Shown: positions 31,166 to 41,660, counted from the stretch's first letter. The stretch: DNA of 64,000 nt from an uncultured Candidatus Babeliaceae bacterium (GCA_963704655.1 OY969927.1:928001-992000); one strand, 5' to 3'. Notes: a model not told the origin generated them from the letters alone. A program made the numbers and translations.

Positions 31166-32656
31166 ATGAAGTATAATTTTTTTCAAGAACAAACAGCGCT
31201 TAAGCAAGCGACACAATACACATTTTTGATTTTTTTTATTGCTGCATTTTTAGTGCGCGCAGGTACTTTTTATTTCTATATACAACACGAAGAACGCTAT
31301 TGCCAACCAGATACACAGAGCTACACTATGCCCGCTATGGCACTGTATCATGATATGGGAATGGTTAACCCAAATGGCACGCCAGTCTTTTGGCGAACCC
31401 CTGGATACTCTGCATTTTTAGCGCCATTTTATGCATTTTCCCATTCAAACAGCTGGGAGTTTTCTATGCATGAAGGAGCTCACAAAGCTGCGTTATGGGT
31501 ACAGATTCTTTGGTGCTCGCTCTTGCCGATTTTGCTCTATTTACTTGCATGGTTTTTAACGCACTCACTTATTATTGCTTATTTACTCGCAATAATTGGC
31601 ATTGTGCATCCGGGATTTGTTCTTGCAAGCACGTTTTTACTTACTGATGGTCCTGCGCAAATATTTTTTGTAATTTTTCTTATATGTTTATTCAGAAATT
31701 TCAGGTTCCCACTAACCCTTCGACAAGCTCAGGATGAGCGGGTTTGGGGACAGTATCTTTATCTTGCAGGAGCGGCGCTTGCATTAAGTGCATATACGTG
31801 GATGCGGCCAATGGGGCAATTTGTGGGCATCGCAACATTAATAGTTTTATGTTTTTCGCACTATTCAATAAAAGAAAAAATTAAACAGGGTTTATTTTTT
31901 ATAGCATTATTCGCGCTTTCACTGAGCCCATGGTTTATAAGAAATTATCAACTTACGGGTAAGATATTTTTCTGCCCACTTTTTGGGCTGTATTTTAATG
32001 TCTTTAATGCACCAAAAATCCGTGCCCGCATTGAACAAATTCCTCATGAAGAAGCTTGGAAACGGCAGTGCCAAGAGGCTGAAAAACAAGTTTATAACGA
32101 GTACCAAGAATATGCGCGCACGGGCAATAAGCAAGTAATTGTAAATGAAATGATCTGTATGAAACCTGCAGTTCCGTGGATGTTAGGCTATCCGCATTAT
32201 TTTATCTATGACTGGATCATAGAAGTATGCAAAACAACGTTTGATTTATATTCTTACCAGCTTGTTACATTGCATAACAACTGCTTTAAATGGGACCCAC
32301 TTGTCGAATATCTAGACGATAAGCTTGCAGACACACTCTATAAAAAAGAGTTGCCATTACCAATGCGTATACTTGCTTATTTAGAGCTATTTTTTGAAAT
32401 ACTTTTATGGATTGGAATATTTTCAGGATTATTCATGCTGTTTAATAAAAAATTTCGGGAACAATTTTTTACGTTATGGATACCCTGTGGGATTATGATG
32501 GGTGCAGTTTTGTGTCAAACAGGCGGTTTTGGTTATGCTCGCTTACGATTACCCATTGAACCTTTAATTATTCTTCTGGGTCTAGTATTCTGGTTATATG
32601 TCTATACTAACAAGAGCAAAAATAATGGAAAAACTTTACGCACCATGGCGCAGTAA
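31166..32656 (+). CDS. Multi-pass GT-C (ArnT/PMT-like) glycosyltransferase with in-frame repeat insertion
   Basis: PDTQSY, WRTPGYSAFL, LLTDG, MRP, PWFIRNY, YARLRLP; many TM segments. Confidence 0.75.
   Translation: MKYNFFQEQTALKQATQYTFLIFFIAAFLVRAGTFYFYIQHEERYCQPDTQSYTMPAMALYHDMGMVNPNGTPVFWRTPGYSAFLAPFYAFSHSNSWEFSMHEGAHKAALWVQILWCSLLPILLYLLAWFLTHSLIIAYLLAIIGIVHPGFVLASTFLLTDGPAQIFFVIFLICLFRNFRFPLTLRQAQDERVWGQYLYLAGAALALSAYTWMRPMGQFVGIATLIVLCFSHYSIKEKIKQGLFFIALFALSLSPWFIRNYQLTGKIFFCPLFGLYFNVFNAPKIRARIEQIPHEEAWKRQCQEAEKQVYNEYQEYARTGNKQVIVNEMICMKPAVPWMLGYPHYFIYDWIIEVCKTTFDLYSYQLVTLHNNCFKWDPLVEYLDDKLADTLYKKELPLPMRILAYLELFFEILLWIGIFSGLFMLFNKKFREQFFTLWIPCGIMMGAVLCQTGGFGYARLRLPIEPLIILLGLVFWLYVYTNKSKNNGKTLRTMAQ
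31708..31742 (+). repeat. Family-A palindrome inside the GT-C gene
   Basis: CCCACTAACCCTTCGACAAGCTCAGGATGAGCGGG translated as [11 protein letters not shown]. Confidence 0.9.
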
Positions 32657-33110
32657 CTACGTAATATCACATAACAATGGTTCAGAATGTCCGTTGTGCC
32701 TGTCAAAATCACAAGAAGATGATGAAAAACGATATATCATTAAACGTTATGAGCATGTTTTTGTGATACTAAATTTATACCCTTATAATGCAGGGCATCT
32801 CATGGTGGTCCCGTTTGAGCATAAAGGAACGCTGGGTGAACTTTCTCCAGAAACACGTGCTGAATTAATTGAAGTAACTGCTCTCAGTGAAAAAGTTCTT
32901 AAAGAAGAGTTGCATGCAGATGGGCTCAATATTGGATTGAACTTGGGTGGCAAATCTGCAGGCGGAACCATACCCGAACATTTACATTTACATGTACTGC
33001 CACGTTTTTATGGGGATACTAACTTTTTACCGTTACTTTCCAATACCAAACAGATCGCTCTTGATTTAAACGTTGTTTACAAAAAGCTTAAAGATGCTTT
33101 TTATAAATAA
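32625..33110 (+). CDS. HIT family protein (Ap4A phosphorylase-like)
   Basis: LYAPWR, LNLYPYNAGHLMVVP, HLHLHVLPR. Confidence 0.9.
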   Translation: MEKLYAPWRSNYVISHNNGSECPLCLSKSQEDDEKRYIIKRYEHVFVILNLYPYNAGHLMVVPFEHKGTLGELSPETRAELIEVTALSEKVLKEELHADGLNIGLNLGGKSAGGTIPEHLHLHVLPRFYGDTNFLPLLSNTKQIALDLNVVYKKLKDAFYK

Positions 33111-33112
33111 TA

Positions 33113-34123
33113 TTATGCTAAATAAACGATTCCAGCGCAGCCTATCAACATTATCACATAGAGGCTTACAATAATGACCTTTTTAGTCGATGCAGGGTAG
33201 TTAAGGGCCCACGAGACAGATAAAAAGGTTAAAAGTGACAATAATAGGTACAAAAAGAAAAGATAATCTGAGATCATGAAATAGCTTACATTTGGCGATA
33301 TTGATTCAATAACAAAACGATAGGCAAATAAGGCAGGAACCCCGGCGGCAGCGATGCTTGGTACGTCTGTGACATGCTCAGAATAACCAAAAGAAAATGA
33401 AAAGAGCGTTAAAAAGAAGATCAAATACATAGGTAAAAAGATGCTCAAAAAGTGCCGCATATCAATAGGATTACAATCCACATAAAAAATAGCCCTGGAT
33501 GAATTCATTTGATGCCTTCCATCAGGCAACGTAACGTCCCGGGCAACATAACCAACCTGCGCATTAACATTTTCCGCCATGCAGTTATTAATCGTCATCC
33601 GTGGCCCCAATACAAAAGCGTGCGGCAAAACGGTAAAACAATATTTTTCAATCGGCAAAGCGCTATTTTTTAAACAAAACCAAAACCTGTGGTCATCTAA
33701 TGGATATTCCTTGTAATTAAAATCCATTTTACTGCGCACTTGTATATCAAAGGTTGCAACTTCAAGTTCACCAAACTGACCATAACTGATTTGACTCTTT
33801 TCTGCCGTTGCCTCTTCAAAGCAAAATTGACCAATCTGTTCACGCGTAACCTTTTTTGGATCGTACGCAAAGGAAATGGTAGCATCGATACTTATATTAT
33901 TTTTTATGATATCGGATTCAACAAAATTATGGATAATAAAGCCGGTATAAATTGGGGTTCCATTTTTATGCAACAATGAATAGGGAGTTACACTCGGAAC
34001 ATTATCATATGATCTAAACGTTATAAAAGGTTTATAAAAAATAGCGATTAAAAAAAACGACGCTATAGAAAAGGCAGCAGCTTGAAAAATTGCACTTACA
34101 TGATTTTTACTTTTTGCGACCAT
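33113..34123 (-). CDS. Prokaryotic pentameric ligand-gated ion channel subunit B
   Basis: YKEYPLDDH Pro-loop, IFLPMYL (M1), ALFAYRFVIESISPNVSYFMISD (M2-M3), C-terminal M4; extra N-terminal TM. Confidence 0.75.
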   Translation of the reverse strand: MVAKSKNHVSAIFQAAAFSIASFFLIAIFYKPFITFRSYDNVPSVTPYSLLHKNGTPIYTGFIIHNFVESDIIKNNISIDATISFAYDPKKVTREQIGQFCFEEATAEKSQISYGQFGELEVATFDIQVRSKMDFNYKEYPLDDHRFWFCLKNSALPIEKYCFTVLPHAFVLGPRMTINNCMAENVNAQVGYVARDVTLPDGRHQMNSSRAIFYVDCNPIDMRHFLSIFLPMYLIFFLTLFSFSFGYSEHVTDVPSIAAAGVPALFAYRFVIESISPNVSYFMISDYLFFLYLLLSLLTFLSVSWALNYPASTKKVIIVSLYVIMLIGCAGIVYLA

Positions 34124-36351
34124 CACAGCACCTCCTGCCATTCACTGCCGTCTTGCAAGTCTAGCCATACACGTTTACTAATTTGACGATCTTGCGGATC
34201 AAAGGTAAGTGTTAATCCTTTAAAATTGTAATCTTTTAGCGCTTCAAATTTCTCTATTAAGGCAGTATGGGTAATTGCTCCTGTAACACGTTTCATCATA
34301 TCGCATAAAATGCTGGTACATATATACGCAAGTAAGCTGAACATACCATAACGTTTGCCTTGGTCGTCCATTAAAGATCGATATTCCTGCACAATAGGTA
34401 ACATACTCTTATACGGGTCTGGCGTCACACGCGTAAAAATACAAGAAAGACCCATTTCATTTTTTACAAATGAGGTAAACACATCATCGCCTACAAAAGC
34501 CAGAGCAAAAAGTTGAGTTGATACCAAATTAACCGCACCCACTTGGCGCAAAAACTCCTGCGCAGCAAATGAATTTGAAACAAACCCTAGCGCTTCAGGC
34601 TGCTCATTTTTGATAATTTCACGCTGTTTGTCAAAATTTGTGGTATAAGGCGAATAAGGAATTTCTATACAACGCTCAATGCCCAACTTTTTAAGAATCT
34701 CTTTTGCCTTTTGTAATGCTCCAATGCCATAATCATCATCTTGATAAAAGAACCCGAATGTTTTTAAACGGTACTTTTTAACAAGGAAATTAAGCAGCGC
34801 CTCAAATTCAAGATCATAGCTCGGAGTAAAATTAATAACACCTTTTAAATCAGCTTTCCTGTATTCTGGCGCTCCAATAACAGGGAATGCACTTAAAATA
34901 TTACCCGCTTTAATATCATCGCCTGCAACCTGCAACGCTGTGGTACCAATAGAAAGTAAAAATGTTCGAATATTAAATTCGTTTTCAAGCATTTGAAAAT
35001 TATCATAGGCAATGTGCGGGATATAAAAGTCTTCAAATATAACAGATTTCACAACGTTTCCTGGAACAAGACCTAAAGAATTTGTCTGATTCACTGCAGA
35101 AAAAATGCCCGTGCGTAAACGATCGCCAATTACATAATTAGTTTTTGAAAGGTCTAATGTTGAAGCAATATACATTTTTGGTTTGACCTCAATAACTTTT
35201 TCCTGAGTTTCTATCCCCGTTTCTAAATTAAATTGAGTACGTTTGAATGGTTCTTGTGAATCGGCATCTCGCGAGAAAAGATCTATGATGCTATTGCTCA
35301 ACTGTTGTTTACATTCAATACAAGCAAAAGCATCCTGATTAAAATTATAAGCTTTTTGAAATGCGAACGTTGGCGATGAAAAAACACGCCAAGCGCTTGC
35401 CATCTCATAGGGCTCTAAAAACATAAGCGCCTTCAGTCTTGGAACTTTTACCGTTGGGCCTAAGCCATTTATAAACACACTCACGTGTACTGGTTTAGAT
35501 GTTTTGGTCTTATTATTTAATTGCCATGTATGAATCTCATTCTTTTTTAATTCGGCAAATAAATTTCCAGTACTATTCTCTACAGACTCATGCTCCAGCT
35601 CTTTTAATGCGGTAAACTTTAAAAGGCTATCTGGATTTTCCGCAAAACTCCCATAAAAAGCAAAAGGCATCACCTCAATAAATTCTTTAAATTGAGAAAA
35701 AATCTCATCTCGATATTTTGGGTAAACAGAGTTCACTTGTTGGGCAAATCCTTTATTGCTCCATTCTTCACCCCTTTCAAAATCACTTTCTAAATAAATA
35801 ATATTATCTGGGTTTTTGTTCATTAGCAAAAGAGCCACTAATAATGTCTGTAACGGTTCGGCACTTCGTGCAACCACAGAACCATTAAAAATAATATAAT
35901 AATTTGAATCAATAATTTTTAACTGTTCATCGATTATACCTTGGCGCTTAAGCTCTTGCAGATCACGCACCAATGAATGAAAAGCTCCTTGAATATTACC
36001 AAAGATAATTATTTTTTGTTTGGATGCTAATTGTGTACCCATAATGTAATCACCAATGCGCCCACGGGATTTTTGCACTTCAATGACACTTCTCAAGATA
36101 TGAACAAAATCCTGAATAGGAAACGGGTCCTTTGCTATACCAAAAAATTGTAATATCATGGAAAAAATATTTGGACGCTGTGATGCAAAATATGAAGTAA
36201 AAGATGGGTTGTAATAATCTTTATTATCTGGAGCGATATTGCCCGTATATTTTTTAGTTAAAGCCATAAGGTCTGAAAGCGTATATTCGTGGCCGCAATA
36301 CAAAGGGACTGAAAAAACAAAAACGACATATAGTAATGTTTTAGACGCCAT
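34123..36351 (-). CDS. Exported fusion of a degenerate PPP/metallophosphoesterase domain and a type I periplasmic binding (LivK-like) domain
   Basis: IFGNIQG, FNGSVVARS, MPFA; C-terminal FFYQDDDYG, FKGLTLTFDP..RQ; signal peptide. Confidence 0.7.
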   Translation of the reverse strand: MASKTLLYVVFVFSVPLYCGHEYTLSDLMALTKKYTGNIAPDNKDYYNPSFTSYFASQRPNIFSMILQFFGIAKDPFPIQDFVHILRSVIEVQKSRGRIGDYIMGTQLASKQKIIIFGNIQGAFHSLVRDLQELKRQGIIDEQLKIIDSNYYIIFNGSVVARSAEPLQTLLVALLLMNKNPDNIIYLESDFERGEEWSNKGFAQQVNSVYPKYRDEIFSQFKEFIEVMPFAFYGSFAENPDSLLKFTALKELEHESVENSTGNLFAELKKNEIHTWQLNNKTKTSKPVHVSVFINGLGPTVKVPRLKALMFLEPYEMASAWRVFSSPTFAFQKAYNFNQDAFACIECKQQLSNSIIDLFSRDADSQEPFKRTQFNLETGIETQEKVIEVKPKMYIASTLDLSKTNYVIGDRLRTGIFSAVNQTNSLGLVPGNVVKSVIFEDFYIPHIAYDNFQMLENEFNIRTFLLSIGTTALQVAGDDIKAGNILSAFPVIGAPEYRKADLKGVINFTPSYDLEFEALLNFLVKKYRLKTFGFFYQDDDYGIGALQKAKEILKKLGIERCIEIPYSPYTTNFDKQREIIKNEQPEALGFVSNSFAAQEFLRQVGAVNLVSTQLFALAFVGDDVFTSFVKNEMGLSCIFTRVTPDPYKSMLPIVQEYRSLMDDQGKRYGMFSLLAYICTSILCDMMKRVTGAITHTALIEKFEALKDYNFKGLTLTFDPQDRQISKRVWLDLQDGSEWQEVL

Positions 36352-36364
36352 GTTATTTCCTTTT

Positions 36365-37459
36365 TTATAAAACAATATCTACTGCATAAAAAGTGAAGCC
36401 TAATACATACCACGTAATGATACTAAATAAAGTAATCAAGAGTAGATGCACAAAAATAATTAACATTTTTTTAACACGAACTGAAAGATCCACAGAAAAT
36501 ATACTAATTAAAAAAAGTAACCCTGCAATACCAAGAAAAAAAATGAAAAACAAGTCGCTTAACATAAAATAGCCAACTTTTGGTGACATATTTTCAATAA
36601 CAAAGCGATACGCAATAAGCCCAGATAAGCTTGCGCCATTAGCGACCATAATGGAAGAGAAATATTTTTTAGGGTCGTATGAAAAGGCGGTAAGCATAAT
36701 AATAATAAACACCAGCATAGGCAGCATAAGAACAAGGGTATATTTAAGGCCCTCTCGCGCATAAAAAATTGAATATTGCGCCGCCGGATATTCGACGTTC
36801 ATGCGCTCATCTGTGTTTTCAAGTTTATCTTGTAAATATCCTGTAATGGCTTCATGGTAAAACAGTCTCCAGCCATGAGCCTTAACATCTACATTAACCC
36901 TAAAGGCCTCTCTTTCTGCTTCAAATATAACCTCATAAGGAGAAACAGCCTTATTAATCAAAATAAGGGCAAGCATATGGTCATCCATAGGAAAAAAGCT
37001 ATAATCAAGCCCACCGATAAAGTGAACTATTACATCATAATGCACTAAAGTAGATTTACCTACCATGCGCGTTTTAGGCTGGGACACATGTTGAATTTCA
37101 GCATTTTTAAACTCAAAGCGTGAAATGGTATCAAGCGATACCAAAGACGAGTCAAACTCAAACCAAACGGTACCTTCACATATAAAATTGTTAGCAAGAA
37201 TGTCAAACTGGCGAAAATTAGAAAGGTAAAAACCTGTTTTAACTATGATAGGGCTATTGTTTGAAACACTTAATTTTTCTGGCATAATCGGTTGCACCAG
37301 AAAATGATTCTCTAAAGGCTCTGGGTAATCTATTATCGTTTTCATGAGTAAGAAAAGAATGGTGCAGGTGATAGTAATACTCACAAGATGAAAAAGAAAA
37401 CCTATTGAATTTCCACCATCAAGTAAAGGCTGCTCTTCCCTTTGTAAAGTCGGTTCCAT
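36365..37459 (-). CDS. Prokaryotic pentameric ligand-gated ion channel subunit A
   Basis: VKTGFYLSNF.QFD...NNF..EGTVWFEFD, YSFFPMDDH, LMLPML, GLIAYRFVIENMSPKVGYFMLSD. Confidence 0.8.
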   Translation of the reverse strand: MEPTLQREEQPLLDGGNSIGFLFHLVSITITCTILFLLMKTIIDYPEPLENHFLVQPIMPEKLSVSNNSPIIVKTGFYLSNFRQFDILANNFICEGTVWFEFDSSLVSLDTISRFEFKNAEIQHVSQPKTRMVGKSTLVHYDVIVHFIGGLDYSFFPMDDHMLALILINKAVSPYEVIFEAEREAFRVNVDVKAHGWRLFYHEAITGYLQDKLENTDERMNVEYPAAQYSIFYAREGLKYTLVLMLPMLVFIIIMLTAFSYDPKKYFSSIMVANGASLSGLIAYRFVIENMSPKVGYFMLSDLFFIFFLGIAGLLFLISIFSVDLSVRVKKMLIIFVHLLLITLFSIITWYVLGFTFYAVDIVL

Positions 37460-37639
37460 ACTAAAACTCCTTTAATAAATACGTCTTTATAAAGATAGCC
37501 CTTTTAAAAAAAGCATGTCAATGGTTAACTTCGAACCAGAGCCACCAAATAAAGCCTATTTGATATTTATTACAGATATGATATTATTATTAATATAATT
37601 AAATAATTAAATTAAATCTATTAAAGAAAAGGTATTTAT

Positions 37640-38053
37640 ATGAAGAAACTTATATTAGCAGCTGCATTTGCAGCGACTTTGTCTCTTTGTGCTATGAATG
37701 ACAGTAGTGTTAACAGTAACCTTGAGTTACTCATACCTAAAGGTCAAACCTCTGATTCTAGCAGCTTTATCACTGTTGACATGGGAACAAAAATAGACCC
37801 TATTAACTTCGAATTACAAGAAACACGTAAATTTCATACAAGAACCCTTGCAACTCAAATTGCTGGCGTTTTAATAGCAACTACAGGCTATGGAATAGCA
37901 TTTGTTGCAGAATCAACAGAAGTAAAGGTTATAGGCGGGGCACTTACATTCGCACCCCCACTTATAGGCTCTTTGAATAAAACTTATGAATTATATTGCC
38001 ATAACGAAGCTATCAAAAGATATCAGCAAAGAAAAGCTGACGAAAACGTTTAA
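37640..38053 (+). CDS. Hypothetical exported/membrane protein
   Basis: MKK leader ending SLCA-M; hydrophobic hairpin. Confidence 0.55.
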   Translation: MKKLILAAAFAATLSLCAMNDSSVNSNLELLIPKGQTSDSSSFITVDMGTKIDPINFELQETRKFHTRTLATQIAGVLIATTGYGIAFVAESTEVKVIGGALTFAPPLIGSLNKTYELYCHNEAIKRYQQRKADENV

Positions 38054-38072
38054 TGTATTAAAGATAATTGTT

Positions 38073-38118
38073 TTCATAAAATAAGGGGTGTTTGTAAAAA
38101 CACCCCTTATTTTATGAA
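38073..38118. terminator. Bidirectional intrinsic terminator
   Basis: 21-bp perfect inverted repeat TTCATAAAATAAGGGGTGTTT/AAACACCCCTTATTTTATGAA between convergent genes. Confidence 0.8.
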
Positions 38119-38504
38119 GCTTTTAAAACTAATTTTTGATTTTTAATGTCTTGGCCTTCATATTCAACAGAAATCTTATTTTTACAAATACTTTCCTGTT
38201 TACCAACAGCACCAGTCGATTTACTTTTAATTTCAATCCAGTCAATACAGTCGCCTGGTGTCACAATTTTTGCACTATTTGAAGGTGACGTTACTGGAGA
38301 CAGATACAACGAGCCCTCTTTTCCTGTTAGAACGTCATAAGCACTTCCACCACCGCTCTGCCATTTGAGGTCCATGGGCTCCTGCGTATTATTTGTCACT
38401 ATATACGTCGCTATACGTGAGAAAACGTCTTCCTGCTTGGGGTTTAGCTCTGCCGAACACGTAAAAAACCCTGTTAAGGTGATCATATAAAAAAACTTCT
38501 TCAT
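38112..38504 (-). CDS. Small secreted hypothetical protein
   Basis: Signal peptide; VTNNTQEP..LKW, two Cys. Confidence 0.55.
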   Translation of the reverse strand: MKKFFYMITLTGFFTCSAELNPKQEDVFSRIATYIVTNNTQEPMDLKWQSGGGSAYDVLTGKEGSLYLSPVTSPSNSAKIVTPGDCIDWIEIKSKSTGAVGKQESICKNKISVEYEGQDIKNQKLVLKAS

Positions 38505-38893
38505 AAAGACTCCCTCACAATACTATTTTTAACTTCAATATCAAGTTTCTTACTCTCTTCAAACCAATTTTTTGCATTTTTTAATGTAATAATAATAGCG
38601 GAATCTTTACAGAAAGGTCTTGATCTAGCTTTATAGCGACCATCAACTGTCTGAACATACAAAATATGCACACAATTTTCATCATACGTTTCTATGCAAG
38701 CAGCACAAACTTTACCAGGCTGCAATACAAATTTCCCACTGCGAGCTTCTGGGCCCAAGCCATTACTTTTCCATAAAATCTGTAACGGAAACTCCGTGTT
38801 ATTTACAATTTGAAAATCTTTAGCCTGCATATTTGCAATAAGAAAAAAACTTGCCCCCAGAGACAAGACTAATCTATTAATAATTTTATTCAT
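38501..38893 (-). CDS. Small secreted hypothetical protein
   Basis: Signal peptide; IVNNTEFP..ILW, Cys residues; ATGA overlap with neighbour. Confidence 0.55.
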   Translation of the reverse strand: MNKIINRLVLSLGASFFLIANMQAKDFQIVNNTEFPLQILWKSNGLGPEARSGKFVLQPGKVCAACIETYDENCVHILYVQTVDGRYKARSRPFCKDSAIIITLKNAKNWFEESKKLDIEVKNSIVRESL

Positions 38894-39062
38894 GGTATCG
38901 CCCCTTTGAATACTTAAATTTGTCCCTACCGTAATTATTACATATTTAATTTCAAGTTTGCAATAATTAAATTAAAAGTAGAATTAATATCAGAAGCGGC
39001 TATTACGTTTTTATTGATTTGCGATATTCTTAAATCTATAGAATATTTATTGTAGGTGATTT

Positions 39063-41660
39063 ATGAATTCATTAGAAATACGTCAAAAATTTTTCAATTA
39101 CTTTAAAAAACAACAGCATACGCAGGTTCCAAGCTCAAGCCTGATACCCGCCCAGGACCCAACGCTACTTTTTGCCAATGCGGGGATGAACCAATTTAAA
39201 GATGTCTTTCTTGGTCTGGAAAAGCGATCTTATACCCGCGCAGTAAGTATACAGAAATGTATCCGCGCCGGCGGAAAGCATAATGACCTTGATAATGTCG
39301 GATTTACCAAGCGCCACCTGACTTTTTTTGAAATGATGGGAAACTTCTCTTTTGGCGATTATTTTAAAAAAGAGGCAATTCAGTTTGCCTGGGACTTTTT
39401 AACCAAAGAAATCAATCTCAATCCAAAGCTTTTATACGCAAGCGTATATAAATTAGATGATGAAGCTTACAATATTTGGCATAAAACCATAGGCTTGCCA
39501 GAAAATCGCATTGTTAGATTAGGCGAAGCTGACAACTTTTGGCAAATGGGTGACACTGGTCCATGCGGCCCATGCACAGAAATTTATATCGACCGCGGGA
39601 CCTCCGGTCTTTGGTCTAGTCAATGCCCTAAACCAGCCGACTGTGCTCCAGGATGTTCATGCGATAGATTTCTAGAAATATGGAACCTTGTATTTATGCA
39701 ATATAACCGCCAACCAGATGGCACGGATTTGCCATTAACACAAACTGGTGTTGATACAGGCATGGGGCTTGAACGCTTGTGCGCAGTTGTTCAAGGCAAA
39801 GATACCGTATACGACACAGATATCTTTTTGCCAATCTTACAAGCAACAGAGCATTTAACAGGCATAACCTATGCAAGTGCGCCTCACACAACTCAGGCTG
39901 CATTCAGAGTGCTCGCTGACCACATACGTTCATCAACTTTTGCTATTGCAGATGGATGCACCCCCGCAAATGACGGTCGTGGATACGTATTACGAAAAAT
40001 TATCCGCCGAGCAGCACTTTTTGCACAAAAACTCAGCAACAAGAATATATTCCCTGAACTTGCTGATGTGGTAGTTAACGAATTTGGCAATTTATACCCT
40101 GAACTTATTGCAGCACGTTCCTTAATTAAGCAACTCTTAACGTCTGAAATTGAAAAATTTTCATTAAATCTTATTAACGGTCAATCAATTCTGAAAAGCT
40201 ACTTTACCCAACAAGCAGCAACTAAAATTATTACTGGCGCACAAGCTTTTAAATTATATGACACCTATGGGTTCCCTTTAGAGCTTACACAGGTAATTGC
40301 TCTTGAACATGGGTTCGCGGTCGATACAAGTGGCTTTAAAACAGCCATGGAACAACAACGAATACAGTCAGGTAAAAAAGTAAGCTTTAAACATGAAATT
40401 GTTATCCCTGATGAACTTCAAACTGAATTCACCGGCTATACCGAATTGGTAACACCAACACGCATTACGGGACTTATTTTTAACAATGAGCTTGTTGCAG
40501 AAGTACCAGAAGGTGAAATTTGTTGGATTATTACTGAAAAATCACCATTATATGTTGAATGTGGCGGCCAAATTAATGACACTGCGCTTATGATGATAGG
40601 CCATCGCCAAGCAGAAGTTACTGATATCAAAAAATTAAATAAATCTATAGCTTTTTCTTGTGTTGCGCCAACTCAGCTTACGATTGACCAGGCAATTACC
40701 ATTTCTGTTAATCAGCAAATTCGTGCTAATACCATGAAAAATCACACAGCAACACATTTATTACAAGCGGCCCTGCAAATAGTGCTTGGAAGTCATATCA
40801 AGCAATCTGGCTCAATTGTAACCCCAGATTATTTACGATTCGATTTTACGCACCATATGCCATTAACGCAAGAAGAAATTATCCGCATAGAAGATATCGT
40901 TAATAACAAAATCATGGAAAACATCACCCTTTCTATCACAAACAGCACGTACAAAGCGGCTGTTGAAGCTGGTGTAATAGCTTTTTTTGGTGAAAAATAT
41001 AATCCAGATAATGTACGCGTTGTGCAAATCCCAGGAATTTCGGCAGAGCTTTGCGGTGGCACGCATGTTCGTGCAACGGGAGACATTGGCAGCTTTAAAA
41101 TAACAGAAAATATCGCACTTTCTGCTGGCAATAGACGCATTGTTGCACTTACTGGCCCAAAAGCCTTAGAACTTTTCCAGCAAGATTTTAGCCTTATCAA
41201 AAAATTATCACAAGAACTCAAGGTTCCAGGTGAACAGCTTGTTAAAACAGTTGAAATACAAAAAAATGATTTACAAGAATCACTACGCGCTATTAAGCAG
41301 CTTAAAAAAGAGCTCTTTATAATTAAGATCCCAACTCTTGTAACCCAAGCAACTACACTTAAAAATGGTAAATTACTTCAAGCAGTTTTACCAGAAGCTT
41401 CGCTTACTGAACTTAAAGAATATGCTGAACTCACGCTTTCAAAAGAGCCTGGCATAATGTTATTAATCAGCAGCGAAAATGGCAAACAGCTTGTATTTTT
41501 AGCTGTCTCTGGAGAAACTCAGTATGATATGAAAACTATAACAGACTGGATGAAGACACAGGGCATTAAAGGCGGCGGAACGCTGAAACATTTTCAAGGC
41601 ACTGCCGACAAACTTCCTACAGAGTTTGTAAAATTATTTACGAACTTTATCAACGCTTAA
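39063..41660 (+). CDS. alaS: Alanine--tRNA ligase
   Basis: DPTLLFANAGMNQFK, HLTFFEMMGNFSFGDYFK, GPCGPC, NHTATHLL, ELCGGTHV. Confidence 0.98.
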   Translation: MNSLEIRQKFFNYFKKQQHTQVPSSSLIPAQDPTLLFANAGMNQFKDVFLGLEKRSYTRAVSIQKCIRAGGKHNDLDNVGFTKRHLTFFEMMGNFSFGDYFKKEAIQFAWDFLTKEINLNPKLLYASVYKLDDEAYNIWHKTIGLPENRIVRLGEADNFWQMGDTGPCGPCTEIYIDRGTSGLWSSQCPKPADCAPGCSCDRFLEIWNLVFMQYNRQPDGTDLPLTQTGVDTGMGLERLCAVVQGKDTVYDTDIFLPILQATEHLTGITYASAPHTTQAAFRVLADHIRSSTFAIADGCTPANDGRGYVLRKIIRRAALFAQKLSNKNIFPELADVVVNEFGNLYPELIAARSLIKQLLTSEIEKFSLNLINGQSILKSYFTQQAATKIITGAQAFKLYDTYGFPLELTQVIALEHGFAVDTSGFKTAMEQQRIQSGKKVSFKHEIVIPDELQTEFTGYTELVTPTRITGLIFNNELVAEVPEGEICWIITEKSPLYVECGGQINDTALMMIGHRQAEVTDIKKLNKSIAFSCVAPTQLTIDQAITISVNQQIRANTMKNHTATHLLQAALQIVLGSHIKQSGSIVTPDYLRFDFTHHMPLTQEEIIRIEDIVNNKIMENITLSITNSTYKAAVEAGVIAFFGEKYNPDNVRVVQIPGISAELCGGTHVRATGDIGSFKITENIALSAGNRRIVALTGPKALELFQQDFSLIKKLSQELKVPGEQLVKTVEIQKNDLQESLRAIKQLKKELFIIKIPTLVTQATTLKNGKLLQAVLPEASLTELKEYAELTLSKEPGIMLLISSENGKQLVFLAVSGETQYDMKTITDWMKTQGIKGGGTLKHFQGTADKLPTEFVKLFTNFINA

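Noticed and set aside
34123-36351. Ordinary branched-chain amino-acid ABC transporter
   Set aside because: The flanking membrane proteins have pLGIC motifs rather than LivH/LivM, and no ATPase is present.
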